Source: Mobula hypostoma (Eukaryota). From it: a DNA stretch of 64,000 nt. Made by a program: the position numbers and the translations under genes. Below are positions 50,003 through 60,098 of this stretch, piece by piece. Within the stretch, counting starts at the first letter, position 1. Each line of letters starts with the position of its first letter. The notes beneath the pieces were generated by a model. It was not told the DNA's origin, searched no databases, and worked only from the letters and a program-made list of their open reading frames with translations. The stretch lies in the NCBI RefSeq assembly GCF_963921235.1, contig NC_086097.1, forward strand, positions 226,736,001-226,800,000. Direction: 5' to 3'.

Positions 50003-52392
50003 TCATCCCTCGTGCGTGTGCGTCGCGCCCGGTATGGGAGTGTCGTGTGGTGTCTGTATAGGGTTTGGGGTGCACGGTGTCTCGTAGGTACATACATTGG
50101 TGGGTACGGGGTCAATAGTCACCACGGAGTGTTCAGGGTAGGGGCCCTGAGCTCCTGCGGGCGCCAGGTCGCGGATGGAGACCGTGTCCTCCCGCCCATC
50201 AGGTAAAACCACGTAGGCATACTGGGGGTTCGCATGAAGTAAGTGAACCCTCTCGACTATCGGGGAGTATTTATTGCTCCTCGCATGTTTCCGAAGCAGC
50301 ACTGGCCCCGGGGACGTCAGCCAAGTTGGTAGGGTGGTTCCAGTGGTCGATTTTCTGGGAAAAGAAAAGAGCCGCTCATGAGGGGTGGCATTGGTGGCTG
50401 TGCATAACAGGGAGCGGATGGAGTGGAGTGCCTCGGAAAGGACCTCCTGCCAGCGGGAGACCGGCAGTCCCTTTGACCTGAGGGCTAAGAGTGTGGCTTT
50501 CCACACCGTGCCATTCTCCTTCTCCACCTGTCCATTCCCCCGGGGATTATAGCTCGTGGTCCTACTGGTTGCAATTCCTTTGCCAGTAGATATTGGCGCA
50601 GCTCGTCACTCATAAACGAGGACCCTCTGTATCTGTGGATATAGCATGGGTATCCAAACAGAGTGAAGAGCTTGCGCAGGGCTTTTATAACTGACGTGGT
50701 AGTGGTGTCGGGGCAGGGGATGGCGAAGGGGAACCGCGAGTACTTGTCAATTACGTTAAGAAAGTACACATTGCGGTCGGTGGAGGGAAGGGGGCCCTTA
50801 AAGTCAACACTCAGTCGCTCAAAGGGGCGGGTGGCCTTGATTTGTTGCGCCTTTTCGGGTCGGTAGAAGTGCGGTTTGCACTCTGTGCAGACTTGGCAGT
50901 CCCTGGTCATCGTCCTGATCTCCTCAAGGGAGTAAGGCAGGTTCCGGGCTTTCACGAAGTGGAAAAGCCGGGTGACCCCCGGGTGGCAAAGATCTACATG
51001 TGGGGCGTATAGCCGGTCGATCTGCGCGCTGGCGCATGTTCCCCGGGATAGGGCATCGGAGGGCTCATTGAGCTTCCCAGGCCTGTACATGATGTCATAG
51101 TTGTAGGTGGAGAGTTCGATTCTCCACCTCAGAATTTTATCATTTTTGATTTTGCTCTGCTGCTGATTATTAAACATGAATGTGACTGAGCGCTGGTCAG
51201 TTAGCAGGGTGAACCTTTTGCCGGCAAGATAGTGCCTCCAGTGCCTTATAGCTTCCACTATGGCCTGGGCCTCTTTCTCTACCACAGAGTGCCGAATTTC
51301 AGGGCCTTGAAGGGTACGGGAGAAGAACGCCACTGGTCTTCCTGCCTGGTTGAGGGTAGCAGCCAGCGCAGAGTCGGAGGCGTCACTCTCTACTTGGAAG
51401 GGAATGGCCTCATCCACCGCATGCATTGCTGCTTTGGCAATGTCCCCTTTTATGCGGTTGAAGGCCGCGTGGGCCTCGGCAGAGAGGGGGAATGTGGTGG
51501 ACTTGACCAGGGGGCGGGCCTTGTCTGCATAGTTAGAGACCCATTGGGCGTAATATGAAAAGAAGCCCAGACACCTTTTGAGGGCTCTGAGGGTATTGGG
51601 AAGAGGGAGTTCCAACAAAGGGCACATACAGTTGGGGTCAGGGCCAATGACTCCATTCTCCATGACACACCGAAGGATAGCGAGTCGGGTGGTCCCAAAT
51701 ACACACTTGTCCTTGTTATAGGTGAGGTTGAAAGATTTGGCCGCTTGGAGAAATTTTTGGAGGTTGTTGTCGTGATCCTGCTGGTCGTGACCACAGATGG
51801 TGATGTTATCCAGATATGGGAACGTGGCCTTCAGTTGGCACTGGTCCACCATCCGGTCCATTGCCCTCTGGAAGACAGATACACCATTCGTGACACCGAA
51901 GGGGACGCGCAGGAATTGATAAAGCCTGCCGTCCGCCTCGAAGGCAGTGTAAGGGCGGTCCTCCCGGCGGATGGGGAGCTGATGGTAAGCAGATTTTAGG
52001 TCTATGGTCGAGTACACCTTGTACTGTGCTATCTGATTGACCATATCCGCGATGCGGGGTAGAGGGTACGTGTCGAGCTGCATGAACCTATTGATGGTCT
52101 GGCTATAGTCCACGACCATCCTATTCTTCTCCCCGTTCCGAACAACCACCACCTGCGCCCTCCAAGGACTTGTGCTTGTCTCAATGACCCCCACCCTGAG
52201 CAGCCGCTGCACCTCCGACTTAATGAAAGCTCTGTCCCCCGCGCTGTACCTCCTGCTTTTAGTTGCCACAGGTTTACAGTCGGGGGTCAGGTTGGCGAAC
52301 AGCGGTGGGGGAGGGATCCTGAGGGTGGAGAGGCCGCAAGTGGTGTCGGTAGTGTGGCAGCTGGCATGATGTTGGGTGGGATGCGCGGGTCG

Positions 52393-52432
<40 letters not shown>

Positions 52433-53866
52433 TCAGTAGCGGGGTACGTGACATATCTCTACAAAACGGGATTTATGACAGTAATTGGCGGGAGGGGCCA
52501 ATCATACTTCATTGTCGCGCTTTTCAGGTGGCTCTGGAAGTCCAACCCCAACAGCACAGGGGCACACAGTTGAGGCAAGACCAGTAACGTAAAGTCCCGA
52601 TATTCTGTGCCCTGCACCACTAGTGTCACTACACAACCCCCCCGGATGTCTGTTGTATGCGACCTGGAGGCCATGGTGACCCTCCGACTTACCGGCCGTA
52701 TCATGAGTCCACAATGCTGCACCGTGGCCGGGTGGATAAAACTCTCCGTGCTGCCTGTGTCAAACAGGCAGCTTGTCCTGTGCCCCTCCACCAGGATGTC
52801 CATCATTGACCTTGCGAGCTGGTGGGGAGCGCTTTGGTCGAGGGTCACGGAAGCCAGGGTGGGGTCGCTATCTTGGTCCGGCGTGGTGGGGTGCCCCGTG
52901 AGCACCCGTTGGTCGTAGGCGGTGGGAGGTGGCGCCGACCAAGATGGCCGCCCCCATGTCTCGCACGTGGTGGTGGCGGCGTGCAGGGAAGATGGCGACC
53001 CCCCACGTCTCGCACGTGGTGGCAGTGTGCAGGGAAGATGGCAGCCCCCATGTCTCGCACGTGGTGGCAGTGTGCAGGGAAGATGGCGACCCCCACGTCT
53101 CGCACACGGCACTGCTCGATCCCGCTCGCGGTTTTGACTTACAGACCTTGGCGAAGTGGCCCTTCTTTCCGCAGCTGGAACAGGTAGCTTGTCGGGCCGT
53201 GCAGCGTTTCCAGGGGTGCTTCTCCAGTCCACAGAAGTAGCACTTCGCAGACTCACGACTGGCGGCAGCCGAGGTCGATTCGCCGGCGGGTTGCGGGGTC
53301 TGCGGCACCCACGAGGCCATCGGGGGATCGCGTGCCTGGAGAGCCTTGGAGTTATGCAGAGCGGCCTCCAACGTATCAGCCAGCTCCATCGCCGAATTTA
53401 GGGTAAGATCGGCTTTTTCCAGCAGCTGCTGGCGCACGTACACTGACCTGGTCCCCGTGACGAAGGCGTCTCTCACTAGGAGTTCTGCATGCTGCGCCGC
53501 CGTCAGCTCCTGGCAATTGCAGGCTCGCGCGAGCATCCGTAGGGCCTGGACAAACTCAGCACTCGATTTCCCGGACCGTTGTTGCCGTGTCGCTAAACGG
53601 TGCCAAGCATAGACGCTGTTTATCGGCCGCAGGTATTGTCTTTTGAGTGCGTTCATCACGCCATCGTAGTTCGGCTGGTCTCTGATCAGCGAATAGACCC
53701 GTGGACTGACCCTGGGGAGTAGAACTCTGCACTTCGCTACGGGGTCGGTCGCTTTAATCTCCTCTAGGTACGCTTTGAAGCAGGCCAGCCAGAGTTCGAA
53801 AGTGTTTCCAGCTTCAGGTGTTTGCGGATTGAGGTCTAATTTTTCTGGTCTCAGGGGCTGTTCCAT
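50003..53866 (-). pseudogene. Gypsy gag-pol with three disruptions (extra base ~53000, TAG at 52459-52461, 1-nt deletion ~50580)
   Basis: Gag with two knuckles CYFCG...H....C and CSSCGKKGHFAKVC; protease LFDTGS; RT YLDN; RNase H DASD, EKEA, TDQ; integrase HPG..CQVC, VDFKGP. Confidence 0.93.
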
Positions 53867-53892
53867 GTTTTAAAACGTACAGTGAATAAAAT

Positions 53893-54121
53893 TGAAGCAC
53901 CTTCAATTACTCCAAAAGACTGAGGTTTGGTAAAATACTGAAAGGCTTTTATTCACTGTACAATACGACCTCCACAGTGAGTGTCTGCCCCCGGACTGAG
54001 GGGGAGGGGCAAGGCGAACACATTTATACAGGACTCTGTGGGAGGAGCCACAGGGGCAGTCAGCAGAGGGGTGTGTCCAGACAGGTAACCGAGTTACAAC
54101 ATATATACATGGTTTACCACA
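53893..54121 (-). repeat. 5' LTR with TATAAA (~54022-54028) and AATAAA (~53948-53953) on the minus strand
   Basis: Direct repeat of 49577-49805; gag ATG 26 nt downstream. Confidence 0.97.
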
Positions 54122-56131
54122 GACTCCAATACACAAATGGAATATGCATCAACTTCATAACTATAGGTTGACTATAGAAACTTGCGTATCCTTAGCTCTT
54201 GAATGTAGCTTTACTGGGCTGAGCAGTTTTCCTATTAGTTGTGAAGAATGCCTCCACTATGTAGGAAGTTTGTTGGGTTGAGGTGAAGCACTAAAAACAA
54301 GATAGATTGAAAAACATTTCAGGGCAATTGTCTTCATAAAATATTCTTAGTACAATATAGGTAAGTGCAAAATAGTCAAAGAGGAATGGGTGGGAATAGG
54401 AAGACCAACCCTGGCAATAACTTTCCTTTGGGCAGACAGCAGAAGTAGTCTCAGTAGTTACCACAGTTGGATTTGTGTCCTTTTCTTGAAGATAGGTTGC
54501 AATTCTGCTTTCTCTGAGGCCTCCAATATACGCTATCATCCTCTCTCCACCAGCAGACGACAGGATTGTTGGCTCATGACTCAAGGTCTTTACCATGGAA
54601 CCTCAATGGAGATATCATTTACTCACGAGGGTTATTTTTTATGTTAGACTATGGTCTTTTCAATGTCTTTGCAAGTCTGACCTGCCCTCCATTGTAAAAA
54701 GAAAGCAACAATTGGTAGAAATCAATCAGCATTTAATCTCTTTAAAAGTGTTGATAATCAAGCAAAGTGCTCAGCTCTTGAGCACACATACAGCTGTGCA
54801 AACTTGAAAAGCATTTGCAGAACTCCAGTTCAGCAGCTCACTAGGTTAACTAAATTCTGCCACAGACTGTCATAATAATTTGTCTATTCAGCATTCTTTC
54901 AGCCTTAGTAACATGATGACCTATCGTTTCTAACCTATGACACCCAATTGACTTGTACTACAAAGCAGAACTTGATCTGATTCTTTCAAGATGTGCCACA
55001 TCCTCTTCTTTGGGTACAGCAACCCAAATGCAGATAACTGGCGGTTAGAAAAGCTAATCCCTCAAAAGTGAGGTTCAGATGGAGGGCATCTTGTCAATTG
55101 CTCTGGAAAGACTTTAACCATGGTTGAATTGCACTCTAACCATTACAATTATAAAATTACTTACTATTATACTGCCTCTACTTCCCTCCAATTAGTATAG
55201 GATATAAATATGGTAGAAACCAATTTGCTCTCAGTGGGTACTGCAGGCAGGAGGGAAATGCTTTTTGCAGGTGGACCAATAAAGACCGCTCTGTTCCCAT
55301 GGCAACAACAGTATAACAAGATTGATTAATTAAACTTGACTATTAACCTTTTCAAAGTACAGGGAATGATTGATGACACACATCAGACAGCTCGGGATCA
55401 AAGTCCAATGGCCTCTTCGCAACATAAAGGGAACTGAATGTTATTTTGATTTTGTTTTAAACCACCAAGAGCAGGGGAACCAAGACTCTAGTGAGAAAAA
55501 GGAACTAACGGAAGTAAAAGCACCTGGGTAATGAATGGGTGCCATTCTTACAAATGTCCTAAAGTTGATCTTTTCTGTAAGTGACTGTACCAGAGTATTG
55601 TAATACTGGCATTAAGTAAGAACAATTATTGAAAGTGGCATGAGAGAGAGGAAACTAGTTTAGCCATTTGCTGGAACAAACGTGCACACATATTGGACAA
55701 CACACATAAAAGTTGCTGGTGAACGCAGCAGGCCAGGCAACATCTCTAGGAAGAGGTACAGCTGCCATTTCGGGCCGAGACTCTTCGTCAGGACTAACTG
55801 AAAGAAGAGCTAGTAAGAGATTTGAAAGTGGGAGGGGGAGGGGAGATCCGAAATGATAGAGAAAGAGATTTTTGAAATTTTCATTATTTTTTTTCTCCAA
55901 TGGCTTTCTGAGAGGCGGGACTGCGCACGCGTGTGACGTCGGGCAGTGCAGCGCGGCAGATTTAAAAGGAACAAAGCCTCATAGAGCGGGCAGCGTAGTT
56001 TGCGGGTGGCGGAGTGAGCCGGGAGCAGAGTGAAGACTTAAGGGCTTCGGCTCACCGGGCTTAGGCGGAAGCGGGCGAGGCGAGGAAGGTTTGACATTCA
56101 TTTTCTGTTGCTATTTGAGGAGAGGGGCATT

Positions 56132-57066
56132 ATGACTGTGAGGGCAGTTTGCTGTTCTCGGTGTCGGATGTGGGAGGCCCTGGAGTCTCCAAGCCTCCCG
56201 GACGTCTACATCTGCGCCAAGTGCATCGAGATGCAGCTCCTAAGGGACCGGTTACGGAACTGGAGCTGCAGCTCGATGACCTTCGTCTGGTCAGGGAGAG
56301 CGAGGAGGTGATAGAGAGGAGTGGAAAGCAGGTGGTCACGCCGGGGCCACGGGAGGCAGACAAGTGGGTCACGGTTAGGAGGGGGAAGGGGAAAAGGCAG
56401 GTGATGGGGAGTACCCCAGTGGCTGTGCCCCTTAACAACAGGTACTCCTGTTTGAGTACTGTTGGGGGGGACAGCTTACCCGGGGGAAGCGACAGTGGCC
56501 GTGCCTCCGGCACAGAGTCTGGCCCTGTAGCTCAGAAGGGTAGGGCAAGGAAGAGGAGGGCAGTTGTGATAGGGGACTCGATAGTAAGGGGGTCAGATAG
56601 GCGATTCTGTGGACGCAGTCCAGAGACCCGGATGGTAGTTTGCCTCCCTGGTGCCAGGGTCCGGGATATTTCTGATCGTGTCCAAGATATCCTGAAGTGG
56701 GAGGGTGAGGAGCCAGAGGTCGTGGTACATATAGGTACCAATGACATAGGTAGGAAAAGGGATGAGGTCCTGAAAGGAGAATATAGGGAGCTAGGAAGGG
56801 AGTTGAGAAAAAGGACCGCAAAGGTAGTAATCTCGGGATTACTGCCTGTGCCACGCGACAGTGAGAGTAGGAATGCGATGAGGTGGAGGATAAATGCGTG
56901 GCTGAGGGATTGGAGCAGGGGGCAGGGATTCAAGTTTTTGGATCATTGGGACCTCTTTTGGCGCAGGCGTGACCTGTACAAAAAGGACAGGTTACACTTG
57001 AATCCTAGGGGGACCAATATCCTGGCAGGGAGATTAGCGGGGGCTACTGAGGTGACTTTAAATTAG
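56132..57066 (+). pseudogene. CR1 ORF1: zinc finger, coiled coil and SGNH esterase-like domain; one 1-nt deletion near 56250
   Basis: MTVRAVCCSRC...ICAKC in one frame continues as VTELELQLDDLRL...VVIGDSIV...HIGTND...DRLH in another. Confidence 0.9.
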
Positions 57067-60000
57067 AATGGTTGGGGGGTGGGAATCAAATTAAAGAGGC
57101 TAGGCGTGAGGAGGTTAGTTCACAACAGAGGGAAGGGAACCAGTGCAGAGAGACAGAGGGGTGTAAAGTGAGGGTAGAAGCAAAAAGTACAAAAGAGAAA
57201 AGTAAAAGTGGCAGGCCGACAAATCCAGGGCAAGCATTAAAAAGGGCCACTTTTCAACATAATTGTACAAGGGCTAAGAGAGTTGTAAAAGAGCGCCTGA
57301 AGGCTTTATGTGTCAATGCAAGGAGCATTCGTAATAAGGTGGATGAATTGAAAGTGCAGATTGTTATTAATGATTATGATATAGTTGGGATCACAGAGAC
57401 ATGGCTCCAGGGTGACCAGGGATGGGAGCTCAACGTTCAGGGATATTCAATATTCAGGAGGGATAGACATGAAGGAAGGGGAGGTGGGGTGGCGTTGCTG
57501 GTTAAAAAAGAGATTAACGCAATAGAAAGGAAGGACATAAGCCGGGAAGATGTGGAATCGATATGGGTAGAGCTGCGTAACACTAAGGGGCAGAAGACGC
57601 TGGTGGGAGTTGTGTACAGGCCACCTAACAGTAGTAGTGAGGTCGGAGATGGTATTAAACAGGAAATTAGAAATGTGTGCAATAAAGGAACAGCAGTTAT
57701 AATGGGTGACTTCAATCTACATGTAGACTGGGTGAACCAAATTGGTAAAGGTGCTGAGGAAGAGGATTTCTTGGAATGTATGCGGGATGGTTTTTTGAAC
57801 CAACATGTCGAGGAACCAACTAGAGAGCAGGCTATTCTGGACTGGGTTTTGAGCAATGAGGAAGGGTTAATTAGCGATCTTGTCGTGAGAGGCCCCTTGG
57901 GTAAGAGTGACCATAATATGGTGGAATTCTTCATTAACATGGAGAGTGACATAGTTAATTCAGAAACAAAGGTTCTGAACTTAAAGAGGGGTAACTTTGA
58001 AGGTATGAGACGTGAATTAGCTAAGATAGACTGGCAAATGACACTTAAAGGATTGACGGTGGATATGCAATGGCAAGCATTTAAAGGTTGCATGGATGAA
58101 CTACAACAATTGTTCATCCCAGTTTGGCAAAAGAATAAATCAAGGAAGGTAGTGCACCCGTGGCTGACAAGAGAAATTAGGGATAGTATCAATTCCAAAG
58201 AAGTAGCATACAAATTAGCCAGAGAAAGTGGCTCACCTGAGGACTGGGAGAAATTCAGAGTTCAGCAGAGGAGGACAAAGGGCTTAATTAGGAAGGGGAA
58301 AAAAGATTATGAGAGAAAACTGGCAGAGAACATAAAATCGGACTGTAAAAGCTTTTATAGATATGTAAAAAGGAAAAGACTGGTAAAGACAAATGTAGGT
58401 CCCCTGCAGACAGAAACAGGTGAATTGATTATGGGGAGCAAGGACATGGCAGACCAATTGAATAATTACTTTGGTTCTGTCTTCACTAAGGAGGACATAA
58501 ATAATCTTCCAGAAATAGTAAGGGACAGAGGGTCCATTGAGATGGAGGAACTGAGTGAAATGCATGTTAGTAGGGAAGTGGTGTTAGGTAAATTGAAGGG
58601 ATTGAAGGCAGATAAATCCCCAGGGCCAGATGGTCTGCATCCTAGAGTGCTTAAGGAAGTAGCCCAAGAAATAGTGGATGCATTAGTGATAATTTTTCAA
58701 AACTCGTTAGATTCTGGACTAGTTCCTGAGGATTGGAGGGTGGCTAATGTAACCCCACTTTTTAAAAAAGGAGGGAGAGAGAAACCGGGGAATTATAGGC
58801 CGGTTAGCCTAACGTCGGTGGTGGGGAAACTGCTGGAGTCAGTTATCAAGGATGTGATAACAGCACATTTGGAAAGCGGTGAAATGATCGGACAAAGTCA
58901 GCATGGATTTGTGAAAGGAAAATCATGTCTGACGAATCTCATAGAATTTTTTGGGGATGTTACTAGTAGAGTGGATAGGGGAGAACCAGTGGATGTGGTA
59001 TATTTGGATTTTCAAAAGGCTTTTGACAAGGTCCCACACAGGAGATTAGTGTGCAAACTTAAAGCACACGGTATTGGGGGTAAGGTATTGGTGTGGGTGG
59101 AGAATTGGTTAGCAGACAGAAAGCAAAGAGTGGGAATAAACGGGACCTTTTCAGAATGGCAGGCGGTAACTAGAGGGGTACCGCAAGGCTCGGTGCTGGG
59201 ACCCCAGTTGTTTACAATATATATTAATGACTTGGATGAGGGAATTAAATGCAGCATCTCCAAGTTTGCGGATGACACGAAGCTGGGTGGCAGTGTTAGC
59301 AGTGAGGAGGATGCTAAGAGGATGCAGGGTGACTTGGATAGGTTGGGTGAGTGGGCAAACTCATGGCAGATGCAATTTAATGTGGATAAATGTGAAGTTA
59401 TCCACTTTGGTGGCAAAAATAGGAGAACAGATTATTATCTGAATGGTGGCCGATTAGGAAAAGGGGAGGTGCAACGAGACCTGGGTGTCATTATACACCA
59501 GTCATTGAAAGTGGGCATGCAGGTACAGCAGGCGGTGAAAAAGGCGAACGGTATGCTGGCATTTATAGCGAGAGGATTCGAGTACAGGAGCAGGGAGGTA
59601 CTACTGCAGTTGTACAAGGCCTTGGTGAGACCACACCTGGAGTATTGTGTGCAGTTTTGGTCCCCTAATCTGAGGAAAGACATCTTTGCCATAGAGGGAG
59701 TACAAAGAAGGTTCACCAAATTGATTCCTGGGATGGCAGGACTTTCATATGAAGAAAGACTGGATGAACTGGGCTTGTACTCGTTGGAATTTAGAAGATT
59801 GAGGGGGGATCTGATTGAAACGTATAAGATCCTAAAGGGATTGGACAGGCTAGATGCGGGAAGATTGTTCCCGATGTTGGGGAGGTCCAGAACGAGGGGT
59901 CACAGTTTGAGGATAGAGGGGAAGCCTTTTAGGACCGAGATTAGGAAAAACTTCTTCACACAGAGAGTGGTGAATCTGTGGAATTCTCTGCCACAGCAAA

Positions 60001-60098
60001 CTGTTGAGGCCAGTTCATTGGCTATGTTTAAGAGGGAGTTAGATATGGCCCTTGTGGCTACAGGGGTCAGGGGGTATGGAGGGAAGGCTGGGTTCTGA
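57063..60098 (+). CDS. CR1 ORF2: APE endonuclease and reverse transcriptase, fully open; start mechanism unclear
   Basis: ~1010 open codons: CVNARS, GITETW, VYRPP, MGDFN, SDH; GVPQGSVLGP, KFADD. Confidence 0.95.
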   Translation, partial: LEWLGGGNQIKEARREEVSSQQREGNQCRETEGCKVRVEAKSTKEKSKSGRPTNPGQALKRATFQHNCTRAKRVVKERLKALCVNARSIRNKVDELKVQIVINDYDIVGITETWLQGDQGWELNVQGYSIFRRDRHEGRGGGVALLVKKEINAIERKDISREDVESIWVELRNTKGQKTLVGVVYRPPNSSSEVGDGIKQEIRNVCNKGTAVIMGDFNLHVDWVNQIGKGAEEEDFLECMRDGFLNQHVEEPTREQAILDWVLSNEEGLISDLVVRGPLGKSDHNMVEFFINMESDIVNSETKVLNLKRGNFEGMRRELAKIDWQMTLKGLTVDMQWQAFKGCMDELQQLFIPVWQKNKSRKVVHPWLTREIRDSINSKEVAYKLARESGSPEDWEKFRVQQRRTKGLIRKGKKDYERKLAENIKSDCKSFYRYVKRKRLVKTNVGPLQTETGELIMGSKDMADQLNNYFGSVFTKEDINNLPEIVRDRGSIEMEELSEMHVSREVVLGKLKGLKADKSPGPDGLHPRVLKEVAQEIVDALVIIFQNSLDSGLVPEDWRVANVTPLFKKGGREKPGNYRPVSLTSVVGKLLESVIKDVITAHLESGEMIGQSQHGFVKGKSCLTNLIEFFGDVTSRVDRGEPVDVVYLDFQKAFDKVPHRRLVCKLKAHGIGGKVLVWVENWLADRKQRVGINGTFSEWQAVTRGVPQGSVLGPQLFTIYINDLDEGIKCSISKFADDTKLGGSVSSEEDAKRMQGDLDRLGEWANSWQMQFNVDKCEVIHFGGKNRRTDYYLNGGRLGKGEVQRDLGVIIHQSLKVGMQVQQAVKKANGMLAFIARGFEYRSREVLLQLYKALVRPHLEYCVQFWSPNLRKDIFAIEGVQRRFTKLIPGMAGLSYEERLDELGLYSLEFRRLRGDLIETYKILKGLDRLDAGRLFPMLGRSRTRGHSLRIEGKPFRTEIRKNFFTQRVVNLWNSLPQQTVEASSLAMFKRELDMALVATGVRGYGGKAGF

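Larger units (their letters stand above)
49577..54121 (-). mobile_element. Complete Ty3/Gypsy LTR retrotransposon (Mag-like gag), TSD GACTC
   Basis: 229-bp TG..CA LTRs with 5 mismatches; gactc at 49572-49576 and 54122-54126; polypurine tract at 49806-49822; gag-PR-RT-RH-IN order. Confidence 0.97.

Noticed and set aside
57068..57094. ATG just after the CR1 ORF1 stop as the ORF2 start
   Set aside because: Out of frame with ORF2 and closes after 8 codons.
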